A stretch of DNA of 32,000 nt from Acholeplasma laidlawii PG-8A (GTDB lineage Bacteria; Bacillota_I; Bacilli_A; Acholeplasmatales; Acholeplasmataceae), in contig NC_010163.1 of NCBI RefSeq assembly GCF_000018785.1, positions 30,001 through 62,000 of the forward strand, written 5' to 3'. Positions within the stretch are counted from its first letter, which is position 1. Each line of letters opens with the position of its first letter. Under the pieces are notes generated by a model. That model had not been told where the DNA came from. It did no database searches and saw only the letters and a list, made by a program, of their open reading frames with translations. Both the position numbers and the translations under genes were made by a program. Positions 1 to 9,504 of this stretch are shown piece after piece.

Positions 1-1
1 T

Positions 2-841
2 GTTCGTTTTAACCCGATGAAACTACACGTGAACTTTGCTATGAATTTTAGAGATCATAGAAAAATTGTAGTTATAGATAATAGAGTAGCCTTTACTGGT
101 GGATTTAATATAGGAGATGAATATACAAATAAGAAAAAAGTATTTGGTCACTGGAATGATGCTGGTATCATGATTGAAGGTGAAGCTGTTTGGAGTATGA
201 CAATGCTCTTTTTAGAAAACTGGTCGTTTTCTAAAAAAGATGATACAACTGATTTTTCAAAATATAACATCAAATATCCACCAATTATAAATGATGCAAT
301 CTATATTCCGTTTGGAGATATCCCGGTAGATAATAATCTAACAGCTAAAAATATATATCTACACTTAATTAATGATGCACAGCAGACAATTTATATTACT
401 GCACCGTACTTAATTTTAGATAATGAAATCGCAACCGCACTTAAACTAGCCGCTCAAAGTGGTGTCGATGTACACATCATTATGCCAAGTATACCGGATA
501 AGAGATTTGTATATATGGTGTCAAAATCATATGCGGAAGAACTTGTTCATAGCGGAGTTAAAATTTATAGATATAAACCAGGGTTTATCCACTCTAAGAT
601 GATTATTTGTGATAAAGAAGCAGCGATGATTGGATCAAGTAATTTAGACTTTAGAAGCTTATACATGCACTTAGAAAACAACTTATGGTTGAATGATATA
701 AAAACTATTTCTAATATGGTTAATTATTATGAATACACACTCAAAGAAAGTGAACGTATTACAATCAAAGACTTCACTAAGAGAAATATTATCTATAGAG
801 TAGTACAGGCAGTATTAAAGGGTTTCTCGCCATTATTATAA
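2..841 (+). CDS. cls: Cardiolipin synthase / phospholipase D family protein, 3' portion (5' end outside window)
   Basis: Frame is open from base 2 (VRFNPMKLHVN...). Two HKD-type motifs: HRKIVVIDNRVAFTGGFNIGDEY and HSKMIICDKEAAMIGSSNLDFRS. Confidence 0.92.
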   Translation, partial: VRFNPMKLHVNFAMNFRDHRKIVVIDNRVAFTGGFNIGDEYTNKKKVFGHWNDAGIMIEGEAVWSMTMLFLENWSFSKKDDTTDFSKYNIKYPPIINDAIYIPFGDIPVDNNLTAKNIYLHLINDAQQTIYITAPYLILDNEIATALKLAAQSGVDVHIIMPSIPDKRFVYMVSKSYAEELVHSGVKIYRYKPGFIHSKMIICDKEAAMIGSSNLDFRSLYMHLENNLWLNDIKTISNMVNYYEYTLKESERITIKDFTKRNIIYRVVQAVLKGFSPLL

Positions 842-895
842 AATGAATATATTAAGCTATTATAAAGAAATAACCTTATACGAGGGGATTTAAGA

Positions 896-1135
896 ATGGG
901 AAAAGATTACAAATTTATTAAAAACGGAATAAAGGTTGCACAAATACGTGCTATAGGCTCAGTGATTTTGGGATTAATGGTATTATTTGGTGGAATATAT
1001 ATTGTTAATTTGTATGAGACAGAAGATGAAAAAATAACGGTAATTATTGCTACAATTGCACTGTTTTTCTTGTTTATTATTGCTTTCTACTCAAACATAA
1101 GGGCAATCAAAAAGTATAAAAGTTTTTTAGAATAG
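896..1135 (+). CDS. Small hypothetical membrane protein, 79 aa, two predicted TM segments
   Basis: ORF preceded by GAGGGG-type SD; hydrophobic segments IGSVILGLMVLFGGIYIV and ITVIIATIALFFLFIIAF. Confidence 0.6.
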   Translation: MGKDYKFIKNGIKVAQIRAIGSVILGLMVLFGGIYIVNLYETEDEKITVIIATIALFFLFIIAFYSNIRAIKKYKSFLE

Positions 1136-1156
1136 AAGACAAACAAATAATAAAAT

Positions 1157-1190
1157 AACGGTTTGATACCTAAGCATCAAACCGTTTTTA
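1157..1190. terminator. Bidirectional intrinsic terminator between convergent genes
   Basis: AACGGTTTGAT-acctaagc-ATCAAACCGTT, 11-bp stem, T-run on 3' side (A-rich on the other side). Confidence 0.85.
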
Positions 1191-2165
1191 CTATTTATTA
1201 CTATGTATTTTTTCATTTCTTGGCATATTTGTAATACGACTTACTTCATCAATTTCATTGAATTGTTCAATGTAACCTACTACATGCGGTTCTAATTTGT
1301 TTTTTTCAATAACACTTAGTGATATACCGTGGTGAGCTGTCATATGTTGAAGCACAGTTTCTATAATATCTCTTGGGATTATATCTTTTGGTTTGTTTTT
1401 AACTTCATCGAAGAATCGTAATGCATAGATACTAGAAATTGTTTCATGACCTTTGTAGTGTCCATTGTACTTAGCTTGAGATTTACCAAGATCATGTAAT
1501 GCGGAAACAATGTGCATAACTGGATCATGTGAATTTTTAATACACATATCGATATGTGTGTCAATATCTTCTAAATGATAAGGAGTTTCATGATTCTCGT
1601 TTAAACGTTCAAACTCTGGCATATATGCAGCGGAAATGTATCTTCTAACAGTCTCATAGATTCCATCTTTTAAAGCACTATTAATAAAGTCATTATATTC
1701 CGTATTGGAATTTAAGAATGTAGACTGACTAATAATCTTATAGTTATCACAATCTACTCCAACTCTAGGTGGTGCCATAAATTTATACATGTGCTCAATA
1801 ATATGAAAAGGTACTACCTTTTCAAAAGAACGCTTCTCATTTTGATATTTTGCAAACATAAGTGGTTCTAGGACCATATGAATTTCTACAGTATATCCAC
1901 GTGCCTTGAATTTTTCATAAAGCGATGTACGAAGGGCTCTTGAAATATTGGTTGCATCAAAAATTAAGGAGTCATCATAAGAAAAGACACGATCGTGTAA
2001 TAAATTAAACACCGTCTCATCATCTTTTTGGCTATGGTGCTTTCTTAAAGTACCAAATAGCTCTAAACGAATCATATCTGATGAAAAATGCATGTATTCA
2101 AGTTTTTTTGCATAAGTAGATTTTCCAGAACCTGGAACACCTACTAAAATAATTGCTTTTTTCAT
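1191..2165 (-). CDS. P-loop nucleotide/polynucleotide kinase-like protein fused to a C-terminal HD domain
   Basis: MKKAIILVGVPGSGKSTYAKK (Walker A), SSDMIRLELFG, FDATNISRALR; C-terminal HD-like SALHDLGK...GHETISS...QHMTAHHG. Start moved from ORF-track 2333 to 2165 because GGAGG lies immediately upstream of that ATG. Confidence 0.8.
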   Translation of the reverse strand: MKKAIILVGVPGSGKSTYAKKLEYMHFSSDMIRLELFGTLRKHHSQKDDETVFNLLHDRVFSYDDSLIFDATNISRALRTSLYEKFKARGYTVEIHMVLEPLMFAKYQNEKRSFEKVVPFHIIEHMYKFMAPPRVGVDCDNYKIISQSTFLNSNTEYNDFINSALKDGIYETVRRYISAAYMPEFERLNENHETPYHLEDIDTHIDMCIKNSHDPVMHIVSALHDLGKSQAKYNGHYKGHETISSIYALRFFDEVKNKPKDIIPRDIIETVLQHMTAHHGISLSVIEKNKLEPHVVGYIEQFNEIDEVSRITNMPRNEKIHSNK

Positions 2166-2266
2166 GAAACCTCCGAATAAACATATATGAATATATGATA
2201 CCATAATCATAAAATAATTTCTCTTAAATATCACACATTCTAATAGCGCACCAGAGGAAGCGTTTT

Positions 2267-2311
2267 CATTTATAACATTCCAAGCAAAATGCTTTTGAAG
2301 GTTATAAAATG
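2267..2311 (+). promoter_or_regulatory. Long imperfect inverted repeat upstream of pflB
   Basis: CATTTATAACATTCCAAGCA-aaa-TGCTTTTGAAGGTTATAAAATG; arms TTATAAC/GTTATAA and AAGCA/TGCTT with near-complementary bases between. Confidence 0.5.
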
Positions 2312-2363
2312 ATAGTAAGAATACATGATTCATATGTAAACATTAATTAGGAGGAATGAAATC

Positions 2364-4634
2364 ATGGCTCAATCATGGAAAGGTTTTAAATCTGGTAACT
2401 GGGAAAAAGCAGTCGATGTTGCAGATTTCATAAAACAAAACTATTCAGAGTATACAGGAGACGGCACTTTTTTAGAAGGTGCAGTAGAAAGTTCTTTATC
2501 ATTAAATGAATCTTTTAAAGATTTATTGAAACTTGAAAAAGAAAAAGGTGGCGTAATTGATTTAGATACAAAGGTTGCATCTACAATCATTAGCCATGCG
2601 CCAGGGTATATCGATAAAGATATCGAAAAAATTGTTGGTTTACAAACTGATGCACCATTAAAACGTGGATTCTTTCCTGAAGGTGGAATTAACGTTGCTG
2701 TAAAATCCGTTGAAGCTTATGGTTATAAAGTAGAACAAGAAACAATTGATATTTATACAAACGTTAGAAAAACACATAACCAAGGTGTATTTGATGCATA
2801 TACTAAAGAAATTAGAAACGCTAGAAGTTCTCATATCATTACTGGTTTACCAGACGGATATGGTAGAGGACGTATTATTGGAGATTATAGAAGAGTACCT
2901 CTTTATGGTGTAGACGCTTTAATCAAAGATAAATATGCACAACAAGAAGAATTAACATTCCCAATGTCTGAGCACAAAATCCGTTTAAGAGAAGAATTAT
3001 CTGATCAAATTAAATCATTAAATGAATTAATTCAATTAGGAGATATGTACGGATTTGACTTAAGAAGACCTGCAAGTGACTCAAAAGAAGCGATTCAATG
3101 GTTATACTTAGCTTATTTAGCAGCTGTTAAAGAACAAAACGGTGCGGCAATGAGTTTAGGTAGAGTCGATGCATTCTTAGATATCTATATCGAAAGAGAC
3201 TTAAAAGCTGCAAAATATAGCGAATTAGAAATTCAAGAATTTATTGACCATTTCGTCATGAAATTAAGAATGGTACGTTTTGCTAGAACTCCAGAATATA
3301 ACCAATTATTTACAGGAGATCCAACATGGGTTACTGCTGTATTAGGTGGTATGTCAAATGATGGTAGATCACTTGTTACAAAAACAGCATTCAGATTATT
3401 ACAAACTTTATATAACCTAGGTACATCAGCAGAACCAAACCTGACTGTTTTATGGAGCAACAACCTTCCAGAAGGATTTAAAAACTTCACTGCGAAGGTA
3501 AGTATTGATACTTCAAGTATTCAATATGAAAATGATGATACAATTAGACCACTACATGGCGATGACTATGGTATCGCATGTTGCGTGTCACCAATGGCTA
3601 TTGGTAAAGAAATGCAATTCTTTGGTGCACGTGCAAACATCGCTAAAGCATTATTATATGCATTAAATGGTGGACGTGACGAAGTAAGTGGCAAACAAGT
3701 ATTTGAAAAATCTAAGATGGAAGTTTTAAAAACTGATGTATTAGATTATGATGTTGTGATGTCACGTTATGAAAAAACATTAGAAGAATTAGCTGAAGTT
3801 TATGTGAATGCTTTAAACATTATTCACTACATGCATGATAAATATGCATATGAAAAACTAGAAATGGCTTTACATGATCGTGATGTTAAGAGATTATTTG
3901 CAACTGGTATTGCAGGATTAAGCGTTGTTGCTGACTCATTATCAGCAATCAAATATGCAAAAGTACACCCAATCTATGATGAAACATCAGGATTAATTAC
4001 TGACTTTGAAACTGTTGGTGAATTCCCATGTTATGGTAATGATGATGATAGAGTTGATGATATTGCTGTAGATGTATTACGTAAATTCATGAGCTATATT
4101 AGAAAGAACCCAACATACAGAGAATCACATCCAACAATGAGTGTTTTAACGATTACATCTAACGTTGTATACGGTAAAAACACAGGTAATACACCAGATG
4201 GTCGTCGTTATGGTGAACCATTTGCTCCAGGTGCTAACCCAATGCACGGTAGAGATAAATCAGGTGCATTAAAATCATTAATGTCTGTTGCTAAATTACC
4301 ATATGAAGATGCAGAAGACGGTATTTCAAATACATTTACAATTATTCCAAAAGCATTAGGTCATTCGATAAGTGCTGAAGGTTCTATTGTTCACCTTGTA
4401 GATGATGTACAAGTAAATAACCTTGTATCCTTATTAGATGGATACTTCACATCTGGTGGATATCATTTAAACGTTAACGTGTTTAACAGAGAAACATTAA
4501 AAGCAGCTTATGACAACCCAGAATTATATCCAAACCTTACAATTAGAGTATCAGGTTATGCTGTAAACTTCTCAAATCTAACGAATGAACAAAAATTAGA
4601 AGTTATGAAGCGTACATTCCATGAAGGATTCTAA
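2364..4634 (+). CDS. pflB: Formate acetyltransferase (pyruvate formate-lyase)
   Basis: Catalytic Cys pair [11 protein letters not shown]-terminal glycyl-radical motif RVSGYAVNF; SD TTAGGAGG. Confidence 0.97.
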   Translation: MAQSWKGFKSGNWEKAVDVADFIKQNYSEYTGDGTFLEGAVESSLSLNESFKDLLKLEKEKGGVIDLDTKVASTIISHAPGYIDKDIEKIVGLQTDAPLKRGFFPEGGINVAVKSVEAYGYKVEQETIDIYTNVRKTHNQGVFDAYTKEIRNARSSHIITGLPDGYGRGRIIGDYRRVPLYGVDALIKDKYAQQEELTFPMSEHKIRLREELSDQIKSLNELIQLGDMYGFDLRRPASDSKEAIQWLYLAYLAAVKEQNGAAMSLGRVDAFLDIYIERDLKAAKYSELEIQEFIDHFVMKLRMVRFARTPEYNQLFTGDPTWVTAVLGGMSNDGRSLVTKTAFRLLQTLYNLGTSAEPNLTVLWSNNLPEGFKNFTAKVSIDTSSIQYENDDTIRPLHGDDYGIACCVSPMAIGKEMQFFGARANIAKALLYALNGGRDEVSGKQVFEKSKMEVLKTDVLDYDVVMSRYEKTLEELAEVYVNALNIIHYMHDKYAYEKLEMALHDRDVKRLFATGIAGLSVVADSLSAIKYAKVHPIYDETSGLITDFETVGEFPCYGNDDDRVDDIAVDVLRKFMSYIRKNPTYRESHPTMSVLTITSNVVYGKNTGNTPDGRRYGEPFAPGANPMHGRDKSGALKSLMSVAKLPYEDAEDGISNTFTIIPKALGHSISAEGSIVHLVDDVQVNNLVSLLDGYFTSGGYHLNVNVFNRETLKAAYDNPELYPNLTIRVSGYAVNFSNLTNEQKLEVMKRTFHEGF

Positions 4635-5382
4635 TCTACTAGAAGTAGTAGGTAATGTACACTCAATAGAAACATTTGGTGCCTTTGATGGACCAGGACT
4701 TAGATATGTATTATTCTTACAAGGTTGTCCTTTAAGATGTAAATTCTGTCATAACAGAGACACTTGGGGCACAGAAGATAATAAGTTAATGACCGTAGAA
4801 GAGATATTAAACGACTATAATAAATATAGAGCATTCTATAAAAAAGGTGGTTTAACAGTATCAGGTGGCGAAGCTACCTTACAAATCGGGTTTTTAACTG
4901 CATTATTCAAAGAAGCTAAAAATAGAAATATACATACGTGTTTAGATACATCAGCAGGTACATTTAGTGAAGCAAGATTACCTGAGTTTGAAGAACTTCT
5001 CAAATACACAGATCTTGTGTTACTAGATATTAAACATATTGATGATGAACGTCACAAATGGTTAACCGGTGCAAGCAATAAAAACATATTAAAGTTTGCA
5101 AGACTGTTAAGTGATAAAAAAATACCTACGATATTAAGACATATACTCTTACCACAAATTAACTCGCAAGATGTTTACTTAGAAAGACTAAGAACATTCA
5201 TTGACTCTTTAGATAACTTTATTGGTATTGACATTCTTCCTTATCATACTAAAGGTATTATGAAGTGGGATAACATGGGTATTGAATATGAACTTAAAGA
5301 TACACCAGAACCTACTAAAGAAGAGGTTTTAAGAGCAGAGCATATACTTAAAGACGACTATAAGTATATGAAACTAAATTAG
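4621..5382 (+). CDS. pflA: Pyruvate formate-lyase activating enzyme (radical SAM)
   Basis: Radical SAM CX3CX2C motif in [18 protein letters not shown]; overlaps the end of pflB by 14 nt. Confidence 0.96.
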   Translation: MKDSNLLEVVGNVHSIETFGAFDGPGLRYVLFLQGCPLRCKFCHNRDTWGTEDNKLMTVEEILNDYNKYRAFYKKGGLTVSGGEATLQIGFLTALFKEAKNRNIHTCLDTSAGTFSEARLPEFEELLKYTDLVLLDIKHIDDERHKWLTGASNKNILKFARLLSDKKIPTILRHILLPQINSQDVYLERLRTFIDSLDNFIGIDILPYHTKGIMKWDNMGIEYELKDTPEPTKEEVLRAEHILKDDYKYMKLN

Positions 5383-5395
5383 TTCCTAATTAAGG

Positions 5396-5437
5396 GATAA
5401 CATAGCATCTTAAACAGATGATATGTTATCTCTTTTA
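5396..5437 (+). terminator. Intrinsic terminator after pflBA
   Basis: GATAACATAGCATC ... GATGATATGTTATC (one mismatch) followed by TCTTTT. Confidence 0.75.
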
Positions 5438-5534
5438 CTTTATATGTTGTTTTCTAATATAACCTCTAAGGAAATTGAATGTGGAAAAACTTAATACCTT
5501 TTAGTGTATAATGGATATAGATTGGAGTGATTTT

Positions 5535-6230
5535 ATGTCTCATACACACAAAGATCATGACCATACATGCTTGGTCACGGTACCTATATTTAATCATCTA
5601 GAATTAGATGAACTAACAAAGATCACAGAACTTATCAAATCTAAATCATTTGATAAAGGTGAACTTATTTTTAGTTATGGTGAAAAATCAGACACCTTAT
5701 ATATTGTAAGAAGTGGACAAATTAAAATGTACTACTTATCTGAAAATGCTAAAGAACATATTTTAAGAATGTTATTTCCAGGAGACTTTATAGGTGAGTT
5801 AAGTATTTTCTTAGATGAAAAAAACAATGCTTATGCAGAAGCAATAACTCCAGTTGAAGTATGCATGATAAAAAAAGAAGACATCTCAAAGCTTATGGAG
5901 ATATATCCTAAAATTGGTCTTAAAATTATTGGTGAATTAACCCAGAGATTAAAGAAATCAGAAAAACAAGCAAGTTGGATTGCTACAGAACAAGTAGAAA
6001 AAAGAATCCTGTTATATATGCTTGAACTGTATGATTCAAATGAGCCATTAAAGCCAATTGAACTTCCAATGACTAAAAAAGATTTAGCATCCTTTCTAGG
6101 TACTACACCAGAAACTTTAAGTAGAAAACTAGCTTACTTAGAAGATTTAGGTATGATACATCAATTAAGTAATAAACAAATTAAAATTGTTAAAATGGAT
6201 TTACTATTAGAATTTTTAAATCAAATGTAA
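5535..6230 (+). CDS. Crp/Fnr family transcriptional regulator
   Basis: cNMP-fold text (FDKGELIFSYGEKSDTLYIVRSGQIKMYY...GDFIGELSIF) and HTH (MTKKDLASFLGTTPETLSRKLAYLEDLGMI). Start moved from 5511 to 5535 because the latter has SD GGAGTGA; the former overlaps a TATAAT sequence and has no SD. Confidence 0.88.
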   Translation: MSHTHKDHDHTCLVTVPIFNHLELDELTKITELIKSKSFDKGELIFSYGEKSDTLYIVRSGQIKMYYLSENAKEHILRMLFPGDFIGELSIFLDEKNNAYAEAITPVEVCMIKKEDISKLMEIYPKIGLKIIGELTQRLKKSEKQASWIATEQVEKRILLYMLELYDSNEPLKPIELPMTKKDLASFLGTTPETLSRKLAYLEDLGMIHQLSNKQIKIVKMDLLLEFLNQM

Positions 6231-6231
6231 T

Positions 6232-6263
6232 AAAAACATAAGAACTAAAATTCTTATGTTTTT
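6232..6263 (+). terminator. Intrinsic terminator after crp/fnr gene
   Basis: AAAAACATAAGAA-ctaaaa-TTCTTATGTTTTT. Confidence 0.75.
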
Positions 6264-6291
6264 ATGTATGAATTAAGTTAAGGAAGATATC

Positions 6292-6990
6292 ATGACAATT
6301 ATTTTTGCCCCTACAAAACTATTTAACCCACAGGCCCAAACCACAGAAAATAAAACAATGTTTGAAACAGTTACTATGTCCATTGTAGAAGAAATTCAAA
6401 AGATAGATAAAGCTAATTATAAAAAGCACTTTAATTTAAGTGATAACTTAGTGGATACTGTATATAATTACTATCATAATTTTGAATCAAATAATAGATT
6501 CACTGCATTTGATTATTATTTAGGTGAATCATTTAAGGCATTTAACTTTAATCAACTAGATGATATAAAGCGTACATATCTAAACGATAATGTGTATATT
6601 ATTGATGCATTATATGGTGTTATAAAGCCGTTAGATGGTATTAAACCATATAGGATGGACTTCACACTAAAACAATCTAAATCGGTTTGGCGAGATTTGA
6701 TTAATAATTATTTTTCAAGTAAAGGTGCTAAACAGATACTAAGTCTGGCCTCAAAAGAGTTTAGTGCATTAATTGATAAATCAAAGTTTGAGTTATATGA
6801 AGTATCTTTTATAGACTGCAAAGAAGATGTTTGTAAGAAGATCAGTGTGTTTAATAAACAGATGAGAGGTAAGTTATTGAGATATATTGTTGATCATGAA
6901 ATCAATGATATTTCTGGTTTACCAAAGATCATTTTAGGATATCACTTAACGGTTGTGGATAAAGAAATAAACTATATTAAAAGTGTTTAA
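6292..6990 (+). CDS. yaaA: YaaA (DUF328) family protein
   Basis: Family-like motifs ALYGVIKPLDGIKPYRMDF, LASKEF; overall length and layout match YaaA. Confidence 0.8.
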   Translation: MTIIFAPTKLFNPQAQTTENKTMFETVTMSIVEEIQKIDKANYKKHFNLSDNLVDTVYNYYHNFESNNRFTAFDYYLGESFKAFNFNQLDDIKRTYLNDNVYIIDALYGVIKPLDGIKPYRMDFTLKQSKSVWRDLINNYFSSKGAKQILSLASKEFSALIDKSKFELYEVSFIDCKEDVCKKISVFNKQMRGKLLRYIVDHEINDISGLPKIILGYHLTVVDKEINYIKSV

Positions 6991-7085
6991 TAATACTAAA
7001 AGGTTATTTTACAAAAATTACACTCGTAAATTTTGTATAATATACATATATGTTCTATTGAAATAAAATAAACGAGGTTGATTGC

Positions 7086-8669
7086 ATGAATACATATAAT
7101 TACCTAATTGATGAATTACATATCTTAGATGATGAAATCATATCCTATGGTAAGGATAAGTTTAAAATAGAGTTAAGTTTACAAGAAAGATTAAAGGATA
7201 AAGCACCTGGTAAACTTATTCTTGTAACATCGATTAACCCTACATCTAGTGGTGAAGGTAAAACAACACTTTCCATTGGTTTAGCCCAAGGGTTTAAGAA
7301 AAATGGTAAAGATGTTATGTTAGCACTTAGAGAACCATCCATGGGTCCTGTTTTTGGTATGAAGGGTGGTGCTACTGGTGGAGGTGTTTCTATTTTAGAA
7401 CCTTCATTAGATATCGACCTTCACTTTAATGGTGACATACATGCACTCACATCAGCGAATAATCTTTTATCAGCAATCATTGATAATCATATGTACTTTG
7501 GTAATGAATTAAATATTAAAGATGTTTACTGGCAACGCGCACTAGATGTTAATGATCGTAGCTTAAGAGAAGTTAAGACAAAAGCTAGAGATGATAAATT
7601 TACCATTACAGCAGCAAGTGAAATGATGGCGATTTTGGCACTAGCAAGGGATTTTAAAGACTTAAAAGAAAGATTAAATAATATCTTAATAGGTACCGAT
7701 AAAGATGGAAAAGATTTATTTGTAAGTGACTTAAAGTGTGCGGATAGTTTAGCATTACTACTAAAGGATGCTATTAAGCCAAATTTAGTATTTGCTAAAG
7801 AAATGGTACCAGCACTTGTTCATGCTGGACCATTTGCAAATATAGCACATGGATGTAATAGCGTTATAGCAACAAATACTGCTTTAAAGTTAGCTGATTA
7901 TGTCATCACAGAAGCTGGTTTTGGTGCAGATTTAGGTATGGAAAAGTTTTTACATATTAAGCAACCACATTTATACACAAAGGCTAGTGTAGTGGTTGTA
8001 GTTGCAACTATTAAAGCGCTTAAACTACATGGTGGTGTTACAGAATCTAATTTAGATGAACCTAATATTGAGGCACTTTCTAAGGGATTAGAAAACATTG
8101 AAAAACACTTAGAAAATATTAAACTGTTTGGTTTAAACAGTGTTGTAGCACTTAATAAGTTTGATACTGATTCAGAAGAGGAATTACAATTCTTAAAAAA
8201 CTGGGCAAGAATCAATCACCTAAATTATGGTATTTCAGAAGGGTATAGTAAGGGTGGTGAAGGTACCAAAGACTTAGCTAAGTTAGTTGAAAAAGTGGCA
8301 TACGAACCATCTAAATTTAAGAGAATTTATTCTAATGAAGAAAATCATGAATATAAGATCAGAAAAATAGCGGAAAATATTTATGGGGCAAAGGATGTGA
8401 TTTTCTCTCAACAAGCAAAGAAGAAACTAAACCAATATAAACATTTAGAAATTCCTATTTGCATTGCTAAAACACCACTTTCTTTATCTGGAGATCCTAA
8501 ATTAAAGGGTAGACCAAGAGATTTTGTTTTAGAGATTAGCGACATTAAAGTGTCTTTAGGTGCGAACCTTTTAGTAGTGCTTACAAAAGGGATTAATACG
8601 ATGCCTGGTTTAAATAATCGTCCACGGGCACTGGATTTTAAGTTGGATGATAAAGGAGAACTTATATAA
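7086..8669 (+). CDS. fhs: Formate-tetrahydrofolate ligase
   Basis: TSINPTSSGEGKTTLSIGLAQG, REPSMGPVFGMKGGATGGGVS, ANIAHGCNSV, KFKRIY; Fhs-typical. Confidence 0.96.
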   Translation: MNTYNYLIDELHILDDEIISYGKDKFKIELSLQERLKDKAPGKLILVTSINPTSSGEGKTTLSIGLAQGFKKNGKDVMLALREPSMGPVFGMKGGATGGGVSILEPSLDIDLHFNGDIHALTSANNLLSAIIDNHMYFGNELNIKDVYWQRALDVNDRSLREVKTKARDDKFTITAASEMMAILALARDFKDLKERLNNILIGTDKDGKDLFVSDLKCADSLALLLKDAIKPNLVFAKEMVPALVHAGPFANIAHGCNSVIATNTALKLADYVITEAGFGADLGMEKFLHIKQPHLYTKASVVVVVATIKALKLHGGVTESNLDEPNIEALSKGLENIEKHLENIKLFGLNSVVALNKFDTDSEEELQFLKNWARINHLNYGISEGYSKGGEGTKDLAKLVEKVAYEPSKFKRIYSNEENHEYKIRKIAENIYGAKDVIFSQQAKKKLNQYKHLEIPICIAKTPLSLSGDPKLKGRPRDFVLEISDIKVSLGANLLVVLTKGINTMPGLNNRPRALDFKLDDKGELI

Positions 8670-9502
8670 TGTTATTAGATGGAAGAAAAACAGCAGATAT
8701 ACTTAATGAAGCACTTCGTGTTAAAGTTCAATATTTAACTAAAAAGCCTAAATTAGAAATCATTTTAATTGGTAATGACGAGGCAAGCAAAAGTTATGTT
8801 AAAGGAAAGCTTAATACGGCCTCTAATTTAGGTATGGAAGTTCATATAAATTATCTAGATGAAGCAATTGATCAATTAAGTGTAGAAGCTTTAATACAAA
8901 AGTTAAACACAGATAAAGGTGTTCATGGTATATTACTTCAATTACCTATTCCTAAACACTTGGATTCAGATTATCTTATATCTTTAATAGATTATAAAAA
9001 AGATGTTGATGGATTTCATACAATGAATCAAGGTTTACTATTTCAAAAAAAGGACGGTATTAGACCTGCTACACCGCTAGGTATAATGATGTTACTAGAT
9101 TTTTATAACATTCCAATTGAAGGTAAACATGTGGTTATTATTGGTAGAAGTCAAATCGTTGGTGCACCACTATCCAAAATGTTTTTAGATCGTAATGCGA
9201 CAGTAACGATTACACACTCTAAAACTAAAAATCTTCCATCCATCACCAAACAAGCAGATATACTGGTAGCTGCAATTGGTAAACCTAAATTTGTTACTAA
9301 AGATATGGTCAAAGTAGGTGCTGTTGTCGTTGATGTTGGGATTAACCGAGTAGATAAAAAATTAGTAGGAGACGTCGACTTTGAACATGTAGAGCCGATT
9401 GCTTCATATATTACACCTGTACCTAAAGGTGTTGGTCCCATGACAATTTGTGCACTGGCACATAATTTATATGCCCTGTATCTTAAACAGGAGAAAGAAT
9501 AG
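8669..9502 (+). CDS. folD: Bifunctional methylenetetrahydrofolate dehydrogenase / methenyltetrahydrofolate cyclohydrolase
   Basis: IILIGNDEASKSYVKGK, GILLQLPIP, KDVDGFH, GRSQIVGAP, TPVPKGVGPMT; shares one base with fhs stop. Confidence 0.97.
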   Translation: MLLDGRKTADILNEALRVKVQYLTKKPKLEIILIGNDEASKSYVKGKLNTASNLGMEVHINYLDEAIDQLSVEALIQKLNTDKGVHGILLQLPIPKHLDSDYLISLIDYKKDVDGFHTMNQGLLFQKKDGIRPATPLGIMMLLDFYNIPIEGKHVVIIGRSQIVGAPLSKMFLDRNATVTITHSKTKNLPSITKQADILVAAIGKPKFVTKDMVKVGAVVVDVGINRVDKKLVGDVDFEHVEPIASYITPVPKGVGPMTICALAHNLYALYLKQEKE

Positions 9503-9504
9503 AT

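Noticed and set aside
1379-1564. Antisense ORF opposite the kinase-HD gene (+ strand, 61 aa)
   Set aside because: Lies fully inside a well-supported gene; no SD or recognisable domain.
3233-3490. Minus-strand 85 aa ORF inside pflB
   Set aside because: Shadow ORF opposite a conserved enzyme; no family features.
7145-8215. Minus-strand ORFs of 65 and 105 aa inside fhs
   Set aside because: Antisense to strongly supported fhs coding sequence; no independent evidence.
9151-9441. Minus-strand 96 aa ORF inside folD
   Set aside because: Antisense shadow ORF opposite conserved FolD motifs.
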